DNA of 34,818 bases from a virus (Duplodnaviria; Heunggongvirae; Uroviricota; Caudoviricetes): IMG/VR virus record IMGVR_UViG_3300042519_001716; one strand, given 5' to 3'. Below are positions 17,707 to 26,732 of this stretch, in pieces; position 1 is the stretch's first letter, and the number at the start of each line of letters is the position of its first letter. Below the pieces are notes generated by a model. The model was given only the letters and a program-made list of their open reading frames with translations, was not told the DNA's origin and ran no database searches. Position numbers and translations under genes: made by a program.

Positions 17707-18324
17707 TTATATTAAATTATTTTGGTTATTATTTTTGGCAACTAAATCAAAATTAATCACATATCTATCAGTTATAGTTGGGTATTCTCCGTAGTGATGA
17801 ATATTACCATCAAATATAACGGCTCTTCCTTTTTTTGGTTGTATTTTATTTAGTGTTTCAAACCCATCAACATTAATACTTTTAAAATTGTGTTGAAGAA
17901 ATTCCCCTGTATTTCCCATTTTATTATTTAAAAAAACGGTATTACCATCGGTGTTATTTATATAATAAACTATAGCAATATGATCCACACTCATATCAAC
18001 ATGAATTAAATTTTTAAAATCATAACTTTCACTTATGGGTGTTGTCCAGTTTATTTTACACCTATAATCTCTTTCAAATTTCATATTAAGTTTATTGAGT
18101 AAATTTAACTTTATGGAATTTATTATATTAATAATATCGGTATTATCAATGTCAACACCTTTTAGTACATTTGCGGGTAATTTTAATGATTCGGTTCCAC
18201 CATAAAGCCCTGTAATATTATGTTGGTAATTCCATTTTAGGTTTGAAATTTTTACATAGTTTTCTAATTTAGTTTGGTCTGATTCTGGAATTATATTATC
18301 AAATACTTGATACCCGTTTATCAT
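17707..18324 (-). CDS. 2OG-Fe(II) oxygenase-like protein
   Basis: IHVD, VYYINNTDGNTVF, PKKGRAVIFDGNIHH, RYVINF; ends NNLI. Confidence 0.75.
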   Translation of the reverse strand: MINGYQVFDNIIPESDQTKLENYVKISNLKWNYQHNITGLYGGTESLKLPANVLKGVDIDNTDIINIINSIKLNLLNKLNMKFERDYRCKINWTTPISESYDFKNLIHVDMSVDHIAIVYYINNTDGNTVFLNNKMGNTGEFLQHNFKSINVDGFETLNKIQPKKGRAVIFDGNIHHYGEYPTITDRYVINFDLVAKNNNQNNLI

Positions 18325-18884
18325 ATTAAATTTTGTTTTTTTGAATCGGTTTTAATTAATCTTATCCAATTTACTAATGAATAACGCACCCCTTCAACTA
18401 TAGGTACCACTCTATGAAGTAACCTTGAATTAAAAATATACAACGTGCCTATTTTATTCTTTATTGGCACAATCTCCCCTTTACTATTTTTAATCTCTAA
18501 TATTCCACCGATATAGTTATCATTTAACTGAATTACTATTGATGCAAATCTATCTCTATATAATAAATCGGTACTATCAACATGCCAATCAAAGTATTCA
18601 TTTTCTTTATATTCGGTGAATTGATAATCACCCAAACCAGTAACCTCCATTCCGTTAATATTGAACGACTCCCTTAATTTGTTTATTAATCTTTCATTTA
18701 AAAATCCCAAATCAGATACCCAAGCAATAGACGATTTCCTACGTATATTTTCAATATTTTCACGATTTTTATTATTATATACTTTAGCTGATTCTAATGT
18801 TAATTCACTCTTACATTTCTTTAAAATGATGTCACATTCTTCAGGTGATAGAAAGTTTTCAAATATGTCTATATTATCAATCAT
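18321..18884 (-). CDS. 2OG-Fe(II) oxygenase (P4H/PKHD-like)
   Basis: YQFTEY..FDWHVD, YIGGILEI, LHRVVPIVEGVRYSLVNW; ends QNLI. Confidence 0.88.
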   Translation of the reverse strand: MIDNIDIFENFLSPEECDIILKKCKSELTLESAKVYNNKNRENIENIRRKSSIAWVSDLGFLNERLINKLRESFNINGMEVTGLGDYQFTEYKENEYFDWHVDSTDLLYRDRFASIVIQLNDNYIGGILEIKNSKGEIVPIKNKIGTLYIFNSRLLHRVVPIVEGVRYSLVNWIRLIKTDSKKQNLI

Positions 18885-19369
18885 ATTAGTGTTTTTTCTT
18901 TTTTTCGTTTTTTATTATAAAACGAAATCAAACTAAAACGTTCGTTTTTTGTTATTTTAAGGACTCGATGCCTAACTTTATTATCGATAAATAAACTTAC
19001 ATTTCTTATAGGTTTAATCTTAAGTAAGTTTTTATTTTCAATATATTCAAATTCTCCTCCGTCAAATGTGTTATTTATGTATGTTATAATTGTTAAATCA
19101 CACGCATCATTATGATATTCATCATCAATATTTGTATTAACAGTTACTTTGTTAACCCATAAACCAAATAACTCATATTCATCGTTTATTAAGTCTTCAC
19201 AATTTTTTTGGTATTCTAATAAATCTTTTTCAATATCTAATATTTTTCTAATGTAGTAGTTATGCTTGTTTTTAATACTATGAGTTTCCGTTTCTACGAA
19301 ATTTATACACACCGAGTCCAAAAAAAATAGTTCTTCTTCAGATAAGAGATTTTCATATGTGCTAACCAT
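18881..19369 (-). CDS. 2OG-Fe(II) oxygenase
   Basis: YHND, FDGGEFEY, HRVLKITKNERFSL; ends KTLI. Confidence 0.8.
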   Translation of the reverse strand: MVSTYENLLSEEELFFLDSVCINFVETETHSIKNKHNYYIRKILDIEKDLLEYQKNCEDLINDEYELFGLWVNKVTVNTNIDDEYHNDACDLTIITYINNTFDGGEFEYIENKNLLKIKPIRNVSLFIDNKVRHRVLKITKNERFSLISFYNKKRKKEKTLI

Positions 19370-19378
19370 AACATTTTA

Positions 19379-19588
19379 CTATTTTTTAAGCCCATACTTA
19401 ATCCATCTATACCATACTCTTTCATGTATATAATATTGGATGGGTTTATAGATCAATTCCGCCACCCCAAATGCAGCACCAAATTTAATTGATCCACTTA
19501 TTAACCACATCAATAAGAATCCAATTAAGGTACTTACAATTCGATATGAGATGGTTTTAGCAATGTGTCTCTTCTTTTCTACTATCAT
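19379..19588 (-). CDS. DUF2061-like small membrane protein
   Basis: RHIAKTISYRIVST...YYIHERVW signature; adjacent to CysC, a commonly seen linkage. Confidence 0.8.
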   Translation of the reverse strand: MIVEKKRHIAKTISYRIVSTLIGFLLMWLISGSIKFGAAFGVAELIYKPIQYYIHERVWYRWIKYGLKK

Positions 19589-19968
19589 TATCCCTTTGTT
19601 TGATCATATTTAATTTCACCGTCGGGTGTCATGTGGCCAGTTCTAATTGCTGTACCACTAATCGTTGCTATCTCAGTTGGTGGTTCGTGGTATATTACAT
19701 CATAACCAACCCCTCTACCATAATTAATGCTCTCAATATCAGGAATAATTGATATGTTAATTCTTTGTGAATTTTCTCTAAAGAAAGGTTCTTCACTTAG
19801 ATCCATCATAACTTGCTGTGCGGTCTTAGGGTTATTTTCATCCGTTGGCACGTTCCTAATTGCAACCCACACATCTTTTCCTTTATCTAATTGTTGGTTA
19901 ATAAGCCATTCGTGGCCCTTATGCCAATTTTGCCAACGCCCCACATACATTGCGTATTTTTTACTCAT
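19588..19968 (-). CDS. Cytidylyltransferase-like (HIGH-motif) nucleotidyltransferase
   Basis: YVGRWQNWHKGH (HxGH) and ISGTAIR (KMSKS-equivalent) motifs. Confidence 0.8.
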   Translation of the reverse strand: MSKKYAMYVGRWQNWHKGHEWLINQQLDKGKDVWVAIRNVPTDENNPKTAQQVMMDLSEEPFFRENSQRINISIIPDIESINYGRGVGYDVIYHEPPTEIATISGTAIRTGHMTPDGEIKYDQTKG

Positions 19969-20399
19969 AATGATAATTTTTTTAACAGTTCATAATATGA
20001 ATCTGTTTCGTTTTTTATTGTTGTGTCTATATCTATAAAATTTTCTAATGGTGGTTCATATTCCTCAACATGGAATTGATTCCTACCTCTATCTTCTGTA
20101 GTGTGAACATAAATCTCAACAACCGATGTGCTGAACTTAAATGCCTCTCTTTGATCTCTATACGGTGAAACTAGGGATACAATAACATTGTGTCCTTTAC
20201 TATGCATAAATTGCGCAATGTATTGTGCTCTCTGGATGTTTAGTCTTCTTCCTGTAATGGAATAGTCTTTATTCTTAAAGATGTCTCTTAGATCATCCCC
20301 ATCGATATGAGTGACCTCATCTTTTGGGAAGTATTCCACCAAGTATTTTGCAAGGGTTGTTTTACCTGCTCCGGGTTGTCCTGTTAACCAGTATATCAT
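19965..20399 (-). CDS. cysC: Adenylyl-sulfate (APS) kinase
   Basis: YWLTGQPGAGKTTLA P-loop, IDGDDLR, VSLVSPY, YEPPL. Confidence 0.85.
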   Translation of the reverse strand: MIYWLTGQPGAGKTTLAKYLVEYFPKDEVTHIDGDDLRDIFKNKDYSITGRRLNIQRAQYIAQFMHSKGHNVIVSLVSPYRDQREAFKFSTSVVEIYVHTTEDRGRNQFHVEEYEPPLENFIDIDTTIKNETDSYYELLKKLSL

Positions 20400-20405
20400 A
20401 ATGAT

Positions 20406-20434
20406 AATATACCTAAAACAAGTTGAAAAGTCAA
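20406..20434 (-). promoter_or_regulatory. Sigma70-like promoter TTGACT-N17-TATATT
   Basis: -35 at 20429-20434, -10 at 20406-20411; fills the 38-nt gap before cysC. Confidence 0.65.
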
Positions 20435-20437
20435 TTT

Positions 20438-21661
20438 TTAATCAATAAAAATATCACCTAACCATGGGCATATTTCCTTATAATCGGTTTTATTAATTTC
20501 GTCAAATCTCCTTAAGGTTTCCGGTAGTGAAATAGTAACATATTTCTTCTTATCTAATAGGTGGCTATAAACTTCCTCATCCTCAGTGTTTCTTAAATAT
20601 TTAACAAATTCAATCAACGTATATCTACAAAGTGATGTTAAATTGTTTATGTTGTTTTCATAAAGTTCTATTAACGCTTGTTTCATGCCACCCTTACAAA
20701 TTCCAGGTGCAAAATAAAAAGGTTGAGTCACAGTATGAAACCTAATGTGATCTGAATGGAGGTAATTTTCTTCAACAAACTTTATGAAATCAAAAGAATG
20801 GTACATGTTTATTGTTGAAATAGTATAATCAATAGAAACTTTGAAATTGTCGTTGGTTTCTTTAAACTTAATTAGCGTTTCCAGATTTTTAAAGAATTTT
20901 TCAGAATTAAATCCTGGTCTTTGATATTCACCAATTTTACCATACCCATCACATGAACAAGAAATATCTACAGTTTTAAAACGTTTAAGTTTATCAAGTA
21001 TGTCAATACCTTTGTATGTTAGTGTGGATAAGTTTGTATTGATTAATATATAAACCTTTTTAGCCTGTTCATCACTGAATCTATCTAACAAGGTAAATGT
21101 TGTTGGTGTTATAAATGGTTCACCACCAGCTAAATAAACTTTACGAATAGAATCAATATTTTCTTCTGAAAACTTATCAAGAGCGTCGTCACCCGCTGTT
21201 AAGTACTTGGTATTGATGGTATCATATTCTGGTTGATTTTGAACATAACCCCAATACTCAAACCAGGTTGATGATGACCCATGAAAACACATTCTACATT
21301 TAAAGTTACAATGATTAGAAAGTCTCAAATCTGTGTAAACAATTTTGTTTACACTATAGTCTTCATTATATAGTGATGGGTCCGCTATTTCTTCTCTAAA
21401 CTCAATGTTACTATGCTCTTTGTGTCTATTTTTATAAACAAAACATTCCGCACATTCAGATGGCGCAATATTAGATAACATCTCTTTTCTAATACGTTTA
21501 TATGGTTCACTATTAATTGCTTCATCAACAGAATTGAAATCCTTGAAATGAATATTCTCTTTAAATGGAGAAGCCACACAACAAGGTGATAGTGTGCCAG
21601 ATGCCCCAACATAAATTGAACCAAAGGGTAAATAACAAAATTTCTCTGAGATGGTATTCAT
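20438..21661 (-). CDS. Radical SAM protein with N-terminal SPASM/twitch domain (array member 6)
   Basis: CYLPF..SPCC..CAEC at the N-terminus; RLSNHCNFKCRMC; AGGEPF. Confidence 0.9.
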   Translation of the reverse strand: MNTISEKFCYLPFGSIYVGASGTLSPCCVASPFKENIHFKDFNSVDEAINSEPYKRIRKEMLSNIAPSECAECFVYKNRHKEHSNIEFREEIADPSLYNEDYSVNKIVYTDLRLSNHCNFKCRMCFHGSSSTWFEYWGYVQNQPEYDTINTKYLTAGDDALDKFSEENIDSIRKVYLAGGEPFITPTTFTLLDRFSDEQAKKVYILINTNLSTLTYKGIDILDKLKRFKTVDISCSCDGYGKIGEYQRPGFNSEKFFKNLETLIKFKETNDNFKVSIDYTISTINMYHSFDFIKFVEENYLHSDHIRFHTVTQPFYFAPGICKGGMKQALIELYENNINNLTSLCRYTLIEFVKYLRNTEDEEVYSHLLDKKKYVTISLPETLRRFDEINKTDYKEICPWLGDIFID

Positions 21662-22959
21662 TACAATAATTTTACATTATCATCTTTTGGTAATTCAATG
21701 ATAACATTTGGATCGATAAAATCTCTAAACTCAGTAAACACAGAAAAGAAATCATCACCTCTGAATGTGTCAACCATGTCTGTCATTTTTAAAAACTTTT
21801 GGAACATTTCTTCGTCTCTTTCTTGATTTAACAAGTCTATTACAAATTCAAATTGTCCTATATCTCGTTGTGCTTCACTGTTATCCGCTATGTTATTTTT
21901 TATCCAAATTATAAGGTTATTATACAATATTCTAAGAACCTCTTTATGTCTTTCAGGTAGCATTTTTATCTGAAGGTGTTCTGGATGTGTCAATAAATTA
22001 ATATGAATTTTACCAGGAAGTAAGTAGCCATTTTCTATCCAATTTTTATATAAATCAATTATGGTATAGCTATTCATTATGTTAATTGTTGGTACAATTC
22101 CAAAAAAAGTATCTGGTAGTTCTCTCAAAAGTGTTTTTCTATTCTCAACTATTTCAGACCATTTTGATCCACTTCTAAGATATTGGCCTCTCTCTTCAAA
22201 ACCATCTATACTTGCTGTTATCTCAACGGCTTTGAACTTCTTCCACATCTCAATTATATTATAATCTTTATAATATAATTTTGTGAAATTGGTTGTAACC
22301 CACACTGTTATATTTTTAGCATAGTCATTGTCTATGCAGTATTGTAATATTTGATAATGTTTATCTTGTGTTAATGGTTCGCCACCAGCAAAAAATAATG
22401 ACTTAACATGCTTTAATTGGCTTAAAATAAAATTAAACTCATCATCATCAACCGACATACTATATGGTTGACCATAATCTTTAAAATTATTGAAGCCTAA
22501 CGCTTTATACTCTTTATATAATGATGATGAAAAACCGGGATTACAAATCCTACATTTTAAATTACATTTATTATCAAAACGTAGATCTAAGTGTTTAAAT
22601 TGTATTATTTTTAATGAAAAATCTTCATTTGTGTTTTCCACAATGTTTTCTATTTCATCTTCAAACTGTTTGTTTAAATTAAATCTGTAACTATCAACTT
22701 GGCTCTTCCCTTTTGAAACCTCTTCTCTATACCAGCAAATTTGACACTCGTTTATCTTCTCACCATTCCACAATCTTTTTCTAACATCCTTTGCAACATC
22801 AGAATTATACATTTCATTTAATGGAACGCCTTGCTTAAGTTCTCCGAAAACTCGTTCTTGTTTATATAAACAACAAGGTACAACATTTCCAAATGTACTT
22901 AAATGTGAAGCAATCCATGGAGCAACACAAAAGGTTTCTTCGTTATAATTTTTTTCCAT
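21661..22959 (-). CDS. Radical SAM protein with N-terminal SPASM/twitch domain (member 5; ends KLL)
   Basis: CVAPW..VPCC..CQIC; RFDNKCNLKCRIC; AGGEPL. Confidence 0.9.
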   Translation of the reverse strand: MEKNYNEETFCVAPWIASHLSTFGNVVPCCLYKQERVFGELKQGVPLNEMYNSDVAKDVRKRLWNGEKINECQICWYREEVSKGKSQVDSYRFNLNKQFEDEIENIVENTNEDFSLKIIQFKHLDLRFDNKCNLKCRICNPGFSSSLYKEYKALGFNNFKDYGQPYSMSVDDDEFNFILSQLKHVKSLFFAGGEPLTQDKHYQILQYCIDNDYAKNITVWVTTNFTKLYYKDYNIIEMWKKFKAVEITASIDGFEERGQYLRSGSKWSEIVENRKTLLRELPDTFFGIVPTINIMNSYTIIDLYKNWIENGYLLPGKIHINLLTHPEHLQIKMLPERHKEVLRILYNNLIIWIKNNIADNSEAQRDIGQFEFVIDLLNQERDEEMFQKFLKMTDMVDTFRGDDFFSVFTEFRDFIDPNVIIELPKDDNVKLL

Positions 22960-24432
22960 TTAATTTAATTCATTTTTTTGTCTGGCATTATTTCTAGCCA
23001 TAATGTCTGGTTTATACTCACCAAGCTCCCAACCTTCCATACCACCACCAGACAATTTAACATCTGGTATATAGTTGTCTATTTGAATAGAATCGTACCA
23101 ATCAACTAACATTGGAAATGTTTTTCTAAAGTCTTTGTTCCTTCTGATATCATATTGTACATAAAAACTTTTGAAATCATGGAAGTGTTTATCTTTATCG
23201 AACTCAGCTCTAGCGTGTCCTTGATCAACAACATCAATGTAATCAATTACTCTTTGAGTTTGTGTTATCTCATGTTCTAATAATAAACCAGAATCTCTGT
23301 TCTTATCTAACCAAACTTGAATTTTATTTTTAGCTTCAATCTTAATATTATCTGGTAAATTTAATGGTGACATAAATCCTGGCCATCTTAAGAAGTTAAG
23401 ATCCATTGTTGGTTTATTAGGGCCATACTTTTTCTTTAACTCCAACATATCATCCATGAACTCAGTAATAGACATTAATGATAAACCAGTCACAGTCATC
23501 ATGATTACAATTTGTCTAATGTTCGCTTCTTCAATCATTCTAACAACATTACCTCTCCATTTTGGATAAATCAAACCATCTCTAAGATATTCAGCATGAT
23601 CACCATATGATTCACAACTTGTATAGATATCATATGATTGAATATCTAATTCGTGTGTTGTTCTAATTAATTTATCGATCAATTCATCTTTAACACCTAA
23701 ATTAGAATTTATTGATAGATTCAACTTAGGATATGATTGGCCCTTAATTTTATCTAGGAATTTCCAAAAGTTATGACTCGTTGATGGTTCCCCGCCAGTG
23801 ATTCTTAATGTTTGTAAATCTTTTGATAAGTCTGGCCACCATTCTAGGAATGCCGTAACGTATGGGTTATCACCAATAAATTTATTTTCAGGATCTGCCC
23901 ATGAACCATTTTGTTGATATGCACCGGCAGTTAATGTTTTAAACTTTTGATATGGACCATGTTCGTCAATATCTCTACCCCAAGTTGTTGAATAACTTGG
24001 ATTACAATATGAACAAGCAAAATTACAACTTCTATCAAATGATAATTCAACAGTTCTTAAATTAACATCAGCATCCCATGGTAGATCTTTTAACATGTCA
24101 ATATCTTCATGTTTATATTCCATGCTTCTATATACTCTATCTGATATGTTATTTCTACCAATATCTTCTACCTTCCAACAATAAGAACATTCGGCTGGTC
24201 TAATACCTGATAACATCATTCTTCTCATTTTCTTTTTATGTGAAGTATTATGTAATGCCGATGGGTTTGTTTTAATTTCCTCCAAATCAATTGGGTGAGG
24301 TAATGGTAGGAAACATGACCTACTATACCCACTACCTAAATCAATAGTTGCGTTATACCACTTGGCAGGACAGAAGCTACAGCTAACTGAATCTAATTTT
24401 TCTTCTTTAAATTTTAATAGTCTTTCTGACAT
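22960..24432 (-). CDS. Radical SAM protein with N-terminal twitch-like domain (member 4)
   Basis: CSFCPAKW..SC..CSYCW; FDRSCNFACSYC; TGGEP. Confidence 0.9.
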   Translation of the reverse strand: MSERLLKFKEEKLDSVSCSFCPAKWYNATIDLGSGYSRSCFLPLPHPIDLEEIKTNPSALHNTSHKKKMRRMMLSGIRPAECSYCWKVEDIGRNNISDRVYRSMEYKHEDIDMLKDLPWDADVNLRTVELSFDRSCNFACSYCNPSYSTTWGRDIDEHGPYQKFKTLTAGAYQQNGSWADPENKFIGDNPYVTAFLEWWPDLSKDLQTLRITGGEPSTSHNFWKFLDKIKGQSYPKLNLSINSNLGVKDELIDKLIRTTHELDIQSYDIYTSCESYGDHAEYLRDGLIYPKWRGNVVRMIEEANIRQIVIMMTVTGLSLMSITEFMDDMLELKKKYGPNKPTMDLNFLRWPGFMSPLNLPDNIKIEAKNKIQVWLDKNRDSGLLLEHEITQTQRVIDYIDVVDQGHARAEFDKDKHFHDFKSFYVQYDIRRNKDFRKTFPMLVDWYDSIQIDNYIPDVKLSGGGMEGWELGEYKPDIMARNNARQKNELN

Positions 24433-24433
24433 C

Positions 24434-25708
24434 TTATATTAATTTTGTTGTTTTTGTAATATTATATATTTCTTCTAAATCCGCAAATGTATCAGCAAAA
24501 GATTCATTCCTTAAAATGTCTAATGCTAATGTTTGTCTCTTAAATTCTTGCCAATCGCCTTGTGTACCCTCAACAGGTAATTTTAATGTGTTTATAACTT
24601 TATGTGCTTGCCTCATTACATCCCTTCTATATTGTTTTTCAGAATCATCTATTGTTGTATCATCATTAATTTGTAAAATCCTAAGATTATATTCGGATTC
24701 AAGTTTTTCTAAAATAAGTTTTTTACACTTCTCTGGCATATATCCAATATGTAAGTGTCTAGGGTTGTAAACAAAAGCTATCATTAATTTTAAATGATTC
24801 TCAATAACAAAATCAACCATCTCAAAAACATAAAGAACATTTAGCATTGATATAGTACAACACACCTCAAAGATTATTTTATGGTCTGGAATTAATTTAA
24901 CTTTATTTTGCCAAATATTAATATTTTCACTAACCACATCCCATTTACCAAAATGTCTTAAATAGTTGAATCTTTTACCAACACCATCAATACTAAAACC
25001 AATTCTACACTGTTCAAATGAGCTTAAAATATCAATATATTTCTCATTTATAATTGTGCCGTTTGTATTAAAACTCATTTGTTGTGTTTTAGAATATCCT
25101 AACTTAACGGACATTTCTAAAATCTCCCATTGCTTTTTCATCAACATTGGTTCACCACCATATATGTCTAAACTTCTAACTTCAGGAAGTATACTCATTA
25201 ATTCAGCCCAAACAATACTATTGTCTCTAAATGCTTTTGAATATTTATCTACATAATAGTCTAATCTTTCTTCGGTCACATCGGTTTCTGTTACATGATG
25301 AAAGTCTTTCCATTTTGATGATGCAGATATATGACATATTCTACATGCGAGATTACATGTGTTACCAAGATTTAATTCTAAAAAAAATAAATCAGAATCT
25401 TTTCTTTCTGGATATAATTCAAGAGTAGTCTTATATGTTTCATTATCTCTTTCTCGTTTGCTAACAAATCCAGCATCTTCTGCTGACCAACAAACAACAC
25501 AAGCCGGATGCCTAATATCATTTTTAAAATCATCTAACATTTTCATTCTAGTTGGGCTTTTTAGCCCTTCTTCAATTGAATGTGTGCTAGCTAACATTTC
25601 ATCACCATTTTCATCTTTAAATGGGTTATTAAACGTGTGACAACACGCAAAATAGCCCCCAGATGTTGCTATTCTAAAACCGTTTGTTAGATTTTTACAC
25701 TCAATCAT
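24434..25708 (-). CDS. Radical SAM protein with N-terminal twitch-like domain (member 3; ends KLI)
   Basis: CKNL..ACC..CVVCW; LGNTCNLACRIC; YGGEPM. Confidence 0.9.
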   Translation of the reverse strand: MIECKNLTNGFRIATSGGYFACCHTFNNPFKDENGDEMLASTHSIEEGLKSPTRMKMLDDFKNDIRHPACVVCWSAEDAGFVSKRERDNETYKTTLELYPERKDSDLFFLELNLGNTCNLACRICHISASSKWKDFHHVTETDVTEERLDYYVDKYSKAFRDNSIVWAELMSILPEVRSLDIYGGEPMLMKKQWEILEMSVKLGYSKTQQMSFNTNGTIINEKYIDILSSFEQCRIGFSIDGVGKRFNYLRHFGKWDVVSENINIWQNKVKLIPDHKIIFEVCCTISMLNVLYVFEMVDFVIENHLKLMIAFVYNPRHLHIGYMPEKCKKLILEKLESEYNLRILQINDDTTIDDSEKQYRRDVMRQAHKVINTLKLPVEGTQGDWQEFKRQTLALDILRNESFADTFADLEEIYNITKTTKLI

Positions 25709-26727
25709 TATTCAATTGTTAAATTATGTCTAATATTATTTGAAACTGGTAATCTATGGTATATTTCAACCATATCTTTATAATTAGGATGTTCAGGATT
25801 ACCAACATCAACAATTTTAAATGTTTCACTCTGGAATGTTCCCCAATTAACTACCCTATTAAAAAATATCTGCCAATTAATGTGTGTGTCATCGAATATC
25901 TCTTCTGACATTTTATAAAACATTTCCATTTCTTTATAGTTTGAGTTTTGAACAACAAACGACATGGTAACATATTCTAGATTGGGTAATGTTGCAATAA
26001 ATTTAAGATTGCTTTGAATGTCTTCCCATTTGCCACCTAAGCGTGTATAATTTTCATACGTGTCTTTTGTTGCTGCATCAACAGATATCTCAGCAGACTT
26101 AATAAATCTATGCACATTTGTCATTTTAGACCAGTTAGATTCGTTCCAAAGAGTACCGTTGGTATGTAAGTGTATACTTTTTAAATTCGGGTACAGGCTG
26201 GGCTTAAATGTCATCAACCACTTTTTAAATGTTCTTGAAAAAAAGGGATCACCAGATCCGGTACATTCAATATGTTCAAGTCCTTCAGATAATTGTTCTT
26301 CAATACTTTGTAATATTAATTCGGTTCTTGTTCTTTCTTCACCACTATAATTTATTTTTTCTAAACGACAACTAGGGCACTGTAGGTTACAGCTTTGATC
26401 AAAATTAAATTTAACACTTTTGGGTACCGGGTCTTTAAACTGATCGATTTTTCTTAAGAACTCTTCCTTTGGCATAAAGCCTTCGCTTTTACCTTCTTTT
26501 AACCCCGTTAATTTAGGACATCTAGCTTCAATACAATATTTGTAACTACCATCTATCATACTTTCTCTGACCTTATTTGCTAGATCAGAAACCCAAGTGT
26601 TTTTAATATCTATTGGATCACCTAAATCAACAGGTAACCAATTTGGACAACACATATATGTTTTATAATCAAAGAATTCGGTGAACTCAAATGGTTGTAA
26701 ACAAACAAAATCTTTTTTATCTAACAT
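25708..26727 (-). CDS. Radical SAM protein with N-terminal twitch-like domain (member 2)
   Basis: CLQPF..MCC..C....CP; FDQSCNLQCPSC; GSGDPF replaces GGEP. Confidence 0.88.
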   Translation of the reverse strand: MLDKKDFVCLQPFEFTEFFDYKTYMCCPNWLPVDLGDPIDIKNTWVSDLANKVRESMIDGSYKYCIEARCPKLTGLKEGKSEGFMPKEEFLRKIDQFKDPVPKSVKFNFDQSCNLQCPSCRLEKINYSGEERTRTELILQSIEEQLSEGLEHIECTGSGDPFFSRTFKKWLMTFKPSLYPNLKSIHLHTNGTLWNESNWSKMTNVHRFIKSAEISVDAATKDTYENYTRLGGKWEDIQSNLKFIATLPNLEYVTMSFVVQNSNYKEMEMFYKMSEEIFDDTHINWQIFFNRVVNWGTFQSETFKIVDVGNPEHPNYKDMVEIYHRLPVSNNIRHNLTIE

Positions 26728-26732
26728 AAATT

